NCBI GenBank assembly: GCA_951406725.2
Contig: OX597823.1
Location: forward strand, 29,264,001 to 29,328,000
From: Octopus vulgaris
Lineage: Eukaryota
DNA length: 64,000 bases
Direction: 5' to 3'
A program made the position numbers and the translations under genes. Shown here piece after piece: positions 1 to 12,645 of this stretch (positions are counted from its first letter, which is position 1; each line of letters begins with the position of its first letter). The notes under the pieces are model-generated. The model was not told the origin of the DNA. It did no database searches and saw only the letters and a list, made by a program, of their open reading frames with translations.

Positions 1-310
1 AATCTAATTACCCTTACTAGTATATTCTCAAAATTCCATTTATACAAGACTCTTTCACAAATGAACAACAAATGGAATTAATATCTACACATTATCCATT
101 TGAAATTACATCGTATGAAGCTCACATCAGAATTTACCCACCATGGACAAGAATCCTTTTTACCTATTCTACACACCACATTCCTTAGATAACGAAACAG
201 CATCTTCAACATCCCACATATCTCATATTCCCCTTTAAACGACCTGCATTTCTCCCTTTCCAAAATAACTTCCCGTTTAATGAATGCCTTCTATTAAGAC
301 TCTCTTAACT

Positions 311-360
311 TCTCTCTGATGATGGGATATCATTTATTTCTCCGAAACAGCCGTAAAATC
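311..360 (+). ncRNA. Hammerhead-like motif (stem I decayed)
   Basis: CTGATGA(316)-tGGGA..TCTCC-GAAAC-AGCC-GTA; same stem III as 57394-57405. Confidence 0.5.
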
Positions 361-437
361 ACCTTTCTCTTAAGAGAAGTCCTAGAAATAGCACATTGCT
401 TTGGCCTTGTTATCTCCTTGTATCTAACATATAGTGA

Positions 438-611
438 GAATTTACAAAAGAAAGACGGGTGTGTAAACAACAAGCAGATGTATTAGTTTAACGCTTGGGA
501 AGTGAGAAAATCTTTTACGTTTCGAGTCTACGCTCTTCAACAGAAAGGAACACAGAAATAAACAGGGAGAGAATTTAGAAAAAGGTTCAGTGGCTAGCAA
601 TCTATCATGGC

Positions 612-612
<1 letters not shown>
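438..612 (-). mobile_element. Short TA-associated repeat with variant HHR (copy 1 of 4)
   Basis: Reverse complement of 512-547: cttt-CTGTTGA-A-GAGC-gtag-ACTC-GAAAC-GTA-aaag. Confidence 0.65.
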
Positions 613-650
<38 letters not shown>

Positions 651-1620
651 GTGTATAGAATGGGAAGGTCATTTCTCTGGGATTCGTTAACTGGTATAGA
701 TATTTCTGATGACACCCTAATAAGGGTTAAAAATAGTCAATTTTTCAATTAACAGAAAAATAGGCGTTTGTATATTGTATATCTTCTGCGTAGATTTACA
801 AATATGTTTAACATAATGTATCTTTGCCTGTGTTGATATATATGTATGTGTGTGCATATATATATGTATATATATATATTGGCCTTGCTATTTGCTTTTG
901 AGCCAAATTAACTAACATATATAAGAATACAAAAAATTGAGACAAGAATGCGACAGGCGACAACAAAACATCCAGACAGATGATACTAAAAGGGACATGA
1001 AAAAACAAGGACTGGTCATTCGGAGTTTTCTTTTGTCAGTCGAGTTCCAGATTATCTTTGCAGTTTCGGCTGGTTACATCCACACACACACTCAGACACG
1101 CATATATATATGTACACACATACATGTCTCTCTACTTATTGGTAGTCTATACATATATACATATATGGGTATAAAAATTAATATATAAACATGCTCTCAA
1201 ACCTGTATGGTGTATTTATATCGCTGTATAAAACTCGTTTTCATTCGTCAGTTTGGGTCACGTGGCAGGCTCATTGGTTAAATGACAGCTTGACCGAATG
1301 ACGGATAACATGTAGATACTGAAATTTTACTGGGATATCAACCAAAAGCAACAAAATAGGCTGGTAGTCATTTCTTAGTTCGGTATCTATTTGAATTAGC
1401 TGCAAGTGAAAGCAATAACATTATATAAAGAGGAATTTCCAATTCGCTACTACTTCCATATTCGGTAGGCTTCTAGGGACATTCATTATGATATACATGC
1501 AGATGCGTGCACGCACACACTTCACACACACGCACGCACACACACGCACGCACACACACGCACACATATGCATGTATGCGTGTGCGTATGTATCTACGTA
1601 TGTTTGTGGCGTGGGGGTGT

Positions 1621-1692
<72 letters not shown>

Positions 1693-1812
1693 ATGAATTA
1701 TGTGTCAGGAGTTGAACAGATAGAACATAACAAGGAGAAAAAATTAGACGAAAGCAGAGAAAACGGGAGACTAGATGAAAACTTAACAGACGGGGAACAT
1801 ATATATATATAT

Positions 1813-2242
1813 ATATAATATTAATTAGAGACAAAACCACTATTTTGCAAAACAAACAAGGAAAGACTTAATCAATACATAAAATTTTAATAAAAAGTAA
1901 AAAAAAACCGCCACTACAATTGTTTCATGTCTTGAACGACAATCTTCAGGTAGATTTCCGATTTTCAAATATGTTTCAATTTATGACTTCATAAATTGAA
2001 ACTGATTTGAAAATCGGAAATCCACCTGAAGATTGTCGTTCAAGACATGAAACAATTGTAGTGGCGGTTTTTTTTACTTTTTATTAAAATTTTATGTATT
2101 GATTAAGTCTTTCCTTGTTTGTTTTGCAAAATAGTGGTTTTGTCTCTAATTAATATTATATAATATTTTACTATAAAATTGGATTTAATCCTAAATCTGA
2201 TTTTTTCCCTGTAAATTTGGATTTATTCCCTAATATTTATTA
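1813..2242 (+). mobile_element. PLE-type hairpin insert (inverted pLTR plus ~80-nt tail) in (TA)n
   Basis: Arms ~1813-1986 and 1989-2162 with a 2-nt spacer; tail 2163-2242; an HHR in each arm; related copy at 56295-56648. Confidence 0.85.
2022..2064 (+). ncRNA. Canonical minimal type-I hammerhead ribozyme
   Basis: ccac-CTGAAGA-t-TGTC-gttcaa-GACA-t-GAAAC-AATT-GTA-gtgg: complete core, stems I and II, palindromic AATT loop III, GUA cleavage after 2060. Mirror copy at 1911-1953(-). Confidence 0.85.
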
Positions 2243-2850
2243 TATATATATATATTCCGTCGTAACTGCTATCCTGTCTTTTCTCGCCCGCCTTCTAAGG
2301 CCACTGGTCGACATTCCTGTTCTCTTGTCGTCCACTATAATCCAGCGTTTGCAATACTTTTTTCGTCTGGCGTAAACAGCCCTTCTTATCTTGTTCTCCT
2401 TGTCCTGTCTCTCACTGTTATATATTTATTTTTCCACTGTTTATATATATTTTTTTACTGTTTATATGTTTGTACTGTCGTTACCGTCTTGCTTGTTTTT
2501 TTACCATTTTTTTACCATTTTTTACCCCTCTGCGAAAAGATCTCAGAATTTTAATTGATTTGCTTTTCGCAGGAAGGAAGTTTCTTCGAAGATACGTCTC
2601 GCTTTTATCCTTCGAAACGTAGAGTAGATGAAACCTTAGCGACTGAAGAAGGGGATTTTTCGTTGTGCTAATTGTCTTGTATCCCTTTTTTTTGCTTGTC
2701 CTGTTCCTTGGTTTGTGTCTATGTTTTTCGTCTCTCTATGTGTTCGACGTCTTTTTGGTGTCCTGTACACATATATGCGTGTATATGTACATGTAGAGGT
2801 AGGTACGTACATATATGTTTATATATACGCATATGTTCTATTTTATTAAC

Positions 2851-2905
<55 letters not shown>

Positions 2906-3409
2906 ATGAGGCTAGATGATGAGTTTAATGTGATTAGATGATGTATGCTTTTCTAGCATAACATTTTACCCACTGTCTTGTTTCTTTCTCTTTCCTTGTC
3001 ATTTGCTAGTGAGGATACTCTCCGCTTTGGTGCTTTATTTCCTCCGTGAAGTCCTGTTCAAAGACACGTATTTATTTTACATGTATGAGCTCAAACAAGC
3101 CTGAAAGATGAAAACTGGCACTCTGATTATTTCATTTGTAACGGAACAGAAATTATTTAGCTTCTTATTTTAAGACGTAACGGCCTCATTCTTTTGATTA
3201 AAGTTAGTTTTTTTAAGAGTTTAATTATAATAATCAAATTTATTTCTGTATGTTTTTATGAGTTTGTTATATTAATAATTATTTATTTGTAGATTTGATC
3301 AATTAAAATCCTTCAAGACGGTGCTCCAGCATAGCCGATGTCCAATGACTGAAACAAATAAAAAAGTAAAAGAATAGCTGAACATACAAAAACTGCTCCC
3401 CAAAATATA

Positions 3410-3650
3410 CAGTAATCCCTCGACTATTGTGGGTGTTACGTTCCATAAACTCTGCAAAATGTCAATATCCGCGATATGTGAATATCCGCGAAGTAAAAAC
3501 AGTACTGTAGTATATAGATTTTAAAATTATTTTTGTAATTTGCATATATTTATTTTATTATACAAATGCAAAATAATACCACGGAGGAATTGACGTAAGC
3601 TTAAATAATAAACCGCGATAGGCGAGCCGCGATATGGCGAGGAATTACTG
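3410..3650. mobile_element. Tigger/pogo-type MITE
   Basis: TIRs CAGTAATCCCTCG / CGAGGAATTACTG; TA TSD. Confidence 0.85.
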
Positions 3651-3760
3651 TATACACTCTTCAGCAAATGAAAAATCTGTATAAATATATTAATTCGGTG
3701 TTATCGTAATGTGACAAAACACTGAAAGGGATATTTATATTTATAAGGGAACTTATACAA

Positions 3761-3822
<62 letters not shown>

Positions 3823-3830
<8 letters not shown>

Positions 3831-4640
3831 GTGTGCATTTAAACACAAAGAGAAATTACCTATAACACGCTAGGAGACGGTCAAAACGACCGAAAACCAC
3901 AAAAAATTTGTGCAATTTCAAAGGGAATGAAAAAATAAAAACTTTTACCTTGTTTTTACGGTTATACCTATAGGTTTCGAATTTTTTGCAAATAACGTAA
4001 TTTACTAGGCAAATCCCCTTCAGTAACCGAACCATCCTAGACTAACCTATAATTATGAGACCAATAGCACATGTCTTTCAATTTCTACACGCTAGGAGAC
4101 AGTCCAAACGACCGAAAACCACAAAAAATTTAAGCAATTTCAAAGGGAATGAAAAAATAAAAACGTTTATCTAAGTATCGATAATTAGCTTTTCAAAGTT
4201 CGTTTCGGCATTTTTCATTTTCTGTCGACTGAAACTGCGCTTGTATGGTGGATTTTGAAAAAATATATATCATATAAAGATGAGACATGTGCTTTTGGTC
4301 TCATAATTATAGGTTAGTCTTGGATGGCTCGATTACTGAAGAGGATTTGCCTAGTAAATTATTTTATTTACTAAAAAAAATCCGAAACCTATAGGCATAA
4401 CAGCAAAAACAAGGTATAAGTTTTTTTTATTTTTTCGTTCCTTTTGAAATTGCTTAAATTTTTTGTGGCTTTCGGTCGTTCTGACTGTATTCTAGCGTGT
4501 AGAAATTGCCTGTTATAGGTAATTTCTCGTTGTGTTTAAATGTACACTATTCTATGTTGAATAATATGAAGTCTATTGATTTTTATGCATGCCAGACCAT
4601 TGGTAGTGAAACTTGTAACAATTTAAATTTACTGCCCTAT
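3823..4640 (+). mobile_element. PLE-type hairpin insert with partial tandem pLTR and ~85-nt tail
   Basis: Arms ~3823-4076 and ~4284-4555; internal direct repeat ~4087-4163 of ~3865-3942; tail ~4556-4640; TA-flanked. Confidence 0.75.
4332..4401 (+). ncRNA. Hammerhead ribozyme (one mutation in the cleavage triplet)
   Basis: tta-CTGAAGA-GGATTT...AAATCC-GAAAC-CTATAG-GCA-taac. The mirror copy 3961-4027(-) has GTA but a CTGAAGG core. The consensus of the two is canonical, with palindromic stem III ACCTATAGGT. Confidence 0.7.
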
Positions 4641-4671
<31 letters not shown>

Positions 4672-4672
4672 C

Positions 4673-4887
4673 TTGAAATTTACAGAAAAACAAAAGACGA
4701 AGAGCGGTGTATAAACAACAAACAGGTGTATTAGTTTGAAGCTCGGGAAGGTGAGGAAGTCTTTTACGTTACAAACCTACGCTCTTCCACAGAATGGAAC
4801 ACAATGAAATAAACAAAGAATTAAAAAAACTGGTGGATTTAGCGGTCAATACACCTGTCTTCGTCTTTCGTTTTTCTGTAAATTTCA

Positions 4888-4889
<2 letters not shown>
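4673..4889 (-). mobile_element. Variant-HHR repeat (copy 2) with ~40-bp terminal inversion
   Basis: HHR-like 4761-4796 (CTGTGGA; GAAA mutated); 4673-4712 is inverted at 4850-4889; TA-flanked. Confidence 0.6.
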
Positions 4890-4927
<38 letters not shown>

Positions 4928-4944
4928 GAAACATATATATATAC

Positions 4945-5044
<100 letters not shown>

Positions 5045-5286
5045 GCGTCAAACAGACAGATAGACGGTCAGGCAAGATTTTCTCTCATGTGGCTTTAACT
5101 ACTCATGACGCCGAAATTAGCTCTGACTAAGTTAAGTGTGTGGCTGTTCACAATAAACAGATTGCTTTATAGTTGACATCTGCTGCCTCCGGCCTCCTAA
5201 CATACAGTTTTGTGGAGCAGATCAAACGGCAATCATTCTTCTTACTTTCTATTTGGCTTTGGCTTTCGTTTAACCTCCACCTGGCT

Positions 5287-5300
5287 CCTTCTTCTTCTTC

Positions 5301-5348
<48 letters not shown>

Positions 5349-5930
5349 TTCTTCTTCTTCTTCTTCTTCTTCTTCTTCTTCTTCTTCTTCCTTCTCTTTT
5401 TCCTCTTCTTCTTCCCCTTCCCCTTCCTCTTCCACTTCCTCTTCCTCTTCCTCTTCTCTTCTTCTTCCTCTCCTTCCTCTTCCTCTTCTTCTTCTTCTTC
5501 CCCTTCTTCTTCGTCTTCTTCTTCCTCTTCTTCGCTTCTTCCTCCTCCTCCCCCTCATCATCATCATCATCATCTATGCTTTCTTCCACTACTAATACTC
5601 TTCTTTTCCTTCTTCTCTTTCTTCTTTTTCTTCCTCCTCCACCTCCTCATCCTCATCATCATCGTCATCATTATCATCATCATCGTCAATGTTTTCTTCC
5701 ACTACTACTACTGTTACTACTACTCTTCTTTTCTTCTCTTTCTTCTCATTGTACTCCTTCTACATCACTTTCTCATTTCTTTTCCTTTTCTTCTTCTTTT
5801 CTCCTTATACTCCTCCTCCTCCCCTTCCTTCGTCTTCCTTTCCGCCTCATTCTCTTCTCCCTCTTTCTCTTATGATTTTTATTATTATCATTATCGTCTT
5901 ATCCAGTTCTTTTTGTTCCTTCTCCTCTTA
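5287..5930. repeat. Mosaic (TCT)/(TAT)/(CCT)/(CAT) trinucleotide tract
   Basis: Direct inspection. Confidence 0.95.
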
Positions 5931-7299
5931 GAATTCTTCTTTGTATAATTAATTAATCTTTGTATACTTAATTAAGGTTAGATAACTGTAAATTTAAATT
6001 CGTATACAATGGAAGCCATACACAATTTTCACTAAAGATCTCATCAAGGTTCTGTACAATATCCACGAGAGGGCCCTGACAACATCGAGTACTTTAAATC
6101 TAAAATACAATACCGAAAAGGCAACGTCATCCTTCTCTATGAGGTCTATAGTTTGGGACCAAATAATGACATCTCGACCCGAACCGAAATAGCAATATTA
6201 TTGCTGTTTAATGTTAAGCAGAGTTTTTTCCTATCTCAAATTGTGCTTAAGCCAATGAGACACGACAAATGTGCTATGTACCTAATACTAATCAACTACC
6301 ATAGCGCCGTCCATGACACTTCAGTTGAGAAAGCTCTTCCCTTTGACTACGCCATGGTACTCTACGGCCCAAATTTCAACCACGCCAAGTCATCATCATT
6401 CACAGTCACCCTGGTATATTCATTTGATAGCATGAATCCACACATAGCAGCTTGGAGAGCAATTATGTTTTATTGCTTGTTGATTGTTCCTCCACTCGCA
6501 CCCTCTTTTGACAGTATAACAACTTAGTAGGCCTTTGTGCACACTGTCGCCAACGCTTGTTCAGAATACACCTCAGCAACGCCCACTAGCAAAAATAAAT
6601 TAAAGATTCCAAGAGAGAAAAAGCGTTCTTCAGGAAAATCTAGAATCAACAAAAAACATCGACCAACTAAAATACTACCAACAACAGCAACAACAACTTT
6701 AATCAACAGCAATAAGAACATTTGAGTCACAAAAATATCATTTGCAGACCTTCATGAAAACTTACAGCAACTATTAAAGAGGTGAAGAAGAGGAACAGAT
6801 CGTTAAGAGAATCATGCTCTACCCAAAACTTTTTATTCCCTTCTCAACAAAGATATAACTCCCATTTCACCCACGGATCAGGTTAATGAAAGTAAGTATT
6901 ACACTGCCGCAAGCAATGTAATAACCTCTAGGCTACGTGCCTCCACAAACTGTGACCTAATTTCCAATAAATATTGGTAGCAAATTTTGGTATAAAACCA
7001 GAAATTTCGGGGGTAGGCGACGGTAAGTCGATTAGATCGAACCCAGTGCTCGGCTAGTATTTATTTTATCGATCTCGAGAAAATGAAAAGTAAAGTCCTA
7101 GCATGTTGTCAACTGAATGTGACAGTACCATAAAAGGGAAGAAAGCTACTGTTATTTATTTTCTTTCTTATGTTCTGAATGTATGCCGGCACTTAGTTGC
7201 TTCGCAGGAGAACATCAAAGACAATATACTGAAATTCTTCATATCCCAAGGTCATTTGCTATTGATGAGGTCAAGAAGGGTTAACTTCTTAGGAAGAGA

Positions 7300-8482
7300 C
7301 TATTTCCTAAATTCCAATCAACACAACTTTCGTTATAGCAGAGACTGATTAACATAGATCCTACATCACATCTACATTATTCTAAGAGTTTTAGCAGAAG
7401 GCTCGAACGCGGATGCTGTTTATATTAACTTCAGCAAGGCTTTTGGCAGAATCAACCATTGTCCGTCACTGGAGTCTGCTGCAAGTTACAGGAGTGGATT
7501 AAGTATTTCCTGGTGAATAGAAGAATCCAAACAGTTGAGGTTGATGGATTCCACTCACGTCCAGTGAAAATTATCCAGTGATGCCCATCAAGGGACCGTA
7601 TTGGTCTCACTACTCGCCATGCATAAACGATATCGCAGGTGTCATCAAACACAGCAGAATATAAATATTTGCAAACGGCTGTAAGCTTCAGAAAGTTATC
7701 GACATAAAAGGTTTCCGATATAAAATGTTGTAAGCCAATAAGTGCAAGGGAAAATTTTAACTTTGGAAGATGTGTGCTTTGAAACAGATACACATAAGCA
7801 ACTATACTTACTTCCACCGAGAGAATTTCACATGGCAGCTGACAGTATCAGTGACCTCGTAGTAATTGTGGACGAGAACCGCAGTCGGAGTACTCACACC
7901 AAAAATAAGTTGATATGGCTTGCAAGATGAGCTTTGAATCCTCAGAACTTACGGGTCTAGTGAGTCGAATTTCATTATTCTTCTCTTTTCACCCTTTGAA
8001 GGGTGTATTCTTCTCTTCTCACCCTTTGAAGGGCCACACCTGAATTACTATCCACTACAGTCGCCCCAAACTAAACAGAACATCATGAGGCATTCCAGAG
8101 GGTAATTACAAAATAAATTAATGAACGACATTAATGGCCTTGGTTATTGTGATTGCCTCAGATCACTCAGACACTATTCCATCCACAGCTGCCGTGACCG
8201 CAACATAATCTGCCCGATGTGGAAAATGTACGAAACAGCATTACCCAAATGACCTTAACATCAAGATTAAAAGTCACTCAACGCTGGGTCTCTATGCCAT
8301 ACACACCTTTCTACAAGGAATACCAGACAAACCATATATGCCAGAATACATTCCGGCCAATATCAACTCAATTCTTCAATGCACTATGGAGATACAAAAC
8401 ATGACCTGATCATAGCTCAAAGAACTTTACCAAGTGATGCTATTAAGTTAGACATGGTTTGGGTCAATTGTAACTGAAACAT
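7300..8482 (+). mobile_element. Highly decayed CR1-like LINE (RT region to 3' end); may extend 5' to ~6000
   Basis: DAVYINFSKAF at ~7412-7444; 3' end GCTATTAAGTTAGACATGG shared with 34342 and 45405. Confidence 0.65.
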
Positions 8483-8523
8483 AGCTAATTATGTCTATGT
8501 GCAAAGGTGCCTGTATATGTGCT

Positions 8524-8560
<37 letters not shown>

Positions 8561-9129
8561 GTGTTTGCTTATGTGTGTTTCTGTGTATGTTTACGTGTAC
8601 AGGGAGAGTATATGTGTGAAAAATTTGAAAACATATTTATGTGCCAATAATTAATAAACCTGTATTTAATTTTACTAAGTATAGATACTCATTAGTCAAA
8701 ACCACAGAATTTTTGTTTCCGATCAGACCAGAAGACAGCTCGGTTGCACTGGTTATAGAATGTACGTCGTTCCTCTTTACTAAGAAAGACAGAGAGGCAG
8801 AGACATAGAAAGATGCTATTACTTGCATACATCATTTTGGCTTCCCTCCATAATTAATTTACGCTGTACTAATGAATGTATTGACGCACAAATATGTAAA
8901 ATTGCCGAATGTTACTCTCCCATATGATATGAGGAGTTTTAAGCAGCTATATTTCTCGGTAGACTTATCAAGACAATTCAATAAAAACCAGATGAAGCTA
9001 GTCGAGTCGAACTGTTCTCTGGTCCATCCTGCAGAGATCCCTGAGGGTTAATCACCGGGTTTATTTCCAAAGAGAATTTAATTATATGTTTGTAAAACTT
9101 ATGTACATATATTTTACTGAGAGAGGAGT

Positions 9130-9183
<54 letters not shown>

Positions 9184-9346
9184 CGTGTGTGTGTTTGTGT
9201 GTATGTGTGTTTGTGTGCGTGTGTATGTGTGCGTGTGTGTGTGTGTGTGTATAATTATATATATATATATGTATATATATATAATATATATATATATATT
9301 TATATACATATACACATATACATATATATATGTATGTGTGTATGTG

Positions 9347-9377
<31 letters not shown>

Positions 9378-9647
9378 ATGTATCTTTGGAATACTAAAGG
9401 TATTATTATTTAAGCCATCACACATTAATCAAATATTTTCGAATTTTTTATTCTTTTTTAACGAAACCAAAACAGGGAAAAAATAAAACATAAATAAAGA
9501 CTAAAAGTTAAAAATCAAAAGAACATAGGATAAAATTAAAGAAACACAAGGTAGAAAAAAAAAACTGAATTCATAAAAAAACAAAAAAAGAAGTAAAGCG
9601 GATGACGTATTTAAAGTTCTGGGGCAGCGATTTACGTCAAACACATA

Positions 9648-9666
9648 CAGCCGCTAGGTGGCAGTA
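9648..9666 (+). promoter_or_regulatory. Candidate CTCF site
   Basis: CAGCCGCTAGGTGGCAGTA closely matches the bilaterian CTCF consensus. Confidence 0.4.
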
Positions 9667-9889
9667 CAATTTGTCAAACGATAATCATCTACAGATATAC
9701 TTGCAGCTAGAATTAATTTATAACCAACAACACCGCCAATTGAATTGGGATGACTTAGTAAAAATAAATGCAGAAATAAATACATAAATTTTGAGGGGAA
9801 AACGGGCGAAATAGAAGAAAAAACTATTTAACTCATGTTTTCTAAGAGTAAGAATTTATTTTATCGAAGCAATATTTAATGGAATGTAG

Positions 9890-10325
9890 GGCGGCGAGCT
9901 AGCAGAAACGTTAGCACGCCGGGCGAAATGCGTAGCCGTATTTCGTCTGCCGCTACGTTCTGAGTTCAAATTCCGCCGAGGTCGACTTTGCCTTTCATCC
10001 TTTCGGGGTCGATAAATTAAGTACCAGTTACGCACTGGGGTCGATCTAATCAACTTAATCCCTTTGTCTGTCCTTGTTTGTCCCCTCTATGTTTAGCCCC
10101 TGGTGGGCAATAAAGAAATAAGAAACGTTAGCACAGCGGGCGAAATGCTTAGCAATATTTCGTCTGCCGTTACGTTCTGAGTTCAAACTCTGCCTAGTTC
10201 GAATTTGCCTTTCATCCATTTCGGAGTCGATTAATTAAGTACCAGTTACGCACTGGCGTCGACTTAATCACTTTGTCCTTGTTTGTCCACTCTATATTTA
10301 GTCCGCTGTGGCCAATAAAAAAATA
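9890..10325 (+). mobile_element. tRNA-derived SINE with Meta-like central domain, dimeric
   Basis: GGCGGCGAGCTAGCAGAA head, GAGTTCAAATTC B-box, CCTTTCATCCTTTCGGGGTCGATAAATTAAGTACC domain; second unit from ~10121; ATATTTAATGGA on both flanks (TSD-like). Confidence 0.85.
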
Positions 10326-10507
10326 CATATTTAATGGAGTATTTTGTGGAGGTAAATGTAAAATGAGTTCGAATTGGCATCATAACCGATTAAATATGTT
10401 TCAGTGTTTAGCTGTGTCTCTTTTTCTTTAGATTTTGAATTCTGCCAAATCCTGTTTTGCTAATCATTTTCACAGCATACGTAGTACTTGTAATATTCTG
10501 GTGTCCA

Positions 10508-10697
10508 GGCGGCGAGCTGGCAGAAACGTTAGCACGACGGACGAAATGCTTAGCGTTATGTCGTCAGCCGTTACGTTCTGAGTTCAAATTCCACCGAGGT
10601 CGACTTTGCCTTTCATCCTTTCGGGGCCAATAAATTAAGTACCAGTTACCCACTGGGGTCGATGTAATAGACTTAATATCTTTGTCTGTCCTTGGTT
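10508..10697 (+). mobile_element. Meta-type SINE copy
   Basis: Same head and central domain as 9890. Confidence 0.85.
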
Positions 10698-11605
10698 CGA
10701 AACATATGGTGTACCTACAAAATGTCTAATACGAAATACATCTCCTGTTTTTAATTAATACTATTACTCTAACTGCCACGGCGAAGTTCCTGAAATAAAT
10801 CCACCGAAAGTGTACCATAACTACGGATGACAACAGGTATCCTAAACTGTGCGGTGCTCTACTCAACATTTAAACACACACACACACACACACACACTCA
10901 TACACACACACACACACACACACACACTCATACATATATATATGCGATAAAAAAATTTAATTAGAACTTTGTTTACTTTTTATTTACTAACGGCTCGTTT
11001 AGAAATCCCCACACGACACCATGATATTGCTACACACCACCGGTGAGACGTGTATCTCACCTTGAAAACCATTAGTTCAAACACATACAGGAAAATCAGA
11101 TAAACACAGCGCTAGAAACATAATTTCGTATACAGTTACTATCAGAATCTACACCAAGAATCATTTTCCTGTTAAATGCAAAAGTGTGCAGGCAAAGGAA
11201 AGAAGCAAATGAGATAAAAGTTTAGACGGAAAACAAACGGTTACTCATATAAATGTAACCGAGTAAGTACTCCCTCTTTGTTGATGGCATAAACTTCGTC
11301 GTTAAAGCTTTTCTATTTCTTGACGATCGGGTGGATTAACGTTTACGGGTTCCTTAAGACACAGCAACCATTATCTATGAATGTATTGAAGTCCCGGTTG
11401 ATCACCTTTCTATATATACACTAATTGAAGATTACTTTTATTATGTAGAAAAGATAAGAAATCTTAGTTTTCAACGATACCTCTACCGCGCAAATATCAG
11501 TTCACGTTACGGAAATCGCAAAGGTAACCGATTTTCAGAAATCCTCAAATAAGTGGGAGGCTTCTAAAACCCACATTCTTGAAGTTGAATAGGAGTTATA
11601 AAAAT

Positions 11606-12174
11606 CCTTTCTACTGGAAGCACAAGGCCTCAATTATGGGAGAAGAGATTAAGTCGATTACATCGACCCCAGTGTGTAACTGGTACTTATTTAATCGACC
11701 CCGAAAGGATGAAGGCCGACCCCGGCGAAATTTGAACTTAGAATGTAGCGGCAGACGAAATACCTATTTCTTTACTACGCACAAGGGGCTAAACACAGAG
11801 AGGACAAACAAGGACAGACAAACGGATTAAGTCGATTACATCGATCCCAGTGTGTAACTGGTACTTATTTAATCGACCCCGAAAGGATGAAGGCCGACCC
11901 CGGCGAAATTTGAACTCAGAATGTAGCGGCAGATGAAATATCTATTTCTCTACTACCCACAAGGGGCTAAACACAGAGAGGACAAACAAGGACAGACACA
12001 CGGATTAAGTCGATTATATCGACCCCAGAGCGTAACTGGTACTTATTTAATCGACCCCGAAAGGATGAAAGGCAAAGTCGACCTCGGCGGAATTTGAACT
12101 CAGAACGTAGAGGCAGACGAAATACCTCTAAGCATTTCGCCCGACGTGCTAACGTTTCTGCCAGCTCGCCGCCT
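11606..12174 (-). mobile_element. Meta-type SINE trimer
   Basis: Full head at 12173 followed by two ~180-bp head-truncated tandem units; TAGGAGT.ATAAAA on both flanks. Confidence 0.85.
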
Positions 12175-12214
12175 TAGGAGTAATAAAATAGTGACACTGC
12201 ATCGGCTACTACGA

Positions 12215-12462
12215 CATGTATTCCAAGTGATCCGAACAGCTTGCTTATGAAACTAACGTGAAAACGGTTGAGTATTCCACAGACACGCGTAGTTCTCAGG
12301 GAAACTCATCGTGACACAAAATGTGACAAGGCCGAAACTCTTTTTTGTCAGTAGAGTAGACTGGAGCAACGTAAAATAAAGTATCTTGTTTAAGAGCACA
12401 ACTCGCTGTTGGGAATCGAACCCACGACCTTACGATCGTGATCCGATTACCCTAACCACTAA
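12215..12462 (-). mobile_element. Diverged relative of the tRNA-SINE family
   Basis: GGGAATCGAACCCACGACC..CCTAACCACT head plus degraded 3' body. Confidence 0.6.
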
Positions 12463-12645
12463 GCTTGGCACCTACACGAGTAGGAGTAATATGGAATTTG
12501 AAACCAGCATGTTGACTTTATTATTAGAAAAAAATACATGAGAGATTTTCTTTTCTGCATGCAAATTCCGGTTGGGCAGAAATCCGGATGTGTAATCACG
12601 CCATAAAACAGCTTGAAAGATATTAAAGAGAAATGGCGAAATACA

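Noticed and set aside
1421-1855. [12 protein letters not shown] ORFs throughout the window
   Set aside because: Dinucleotide repeats lack stop codons; not coding.
5173-5931. Long ORFs with poly-S/L/I/R/H runs (also 47736-48458 and 61433-63849)
   Set aside because: Translations of trinucleotide microsatellites, open in several frames on both strands.
11640-12174. CRISPR-like or regularly spaced array
   Set aside because: Tandem SINE units without unique spacers, in a eukaryotic context.
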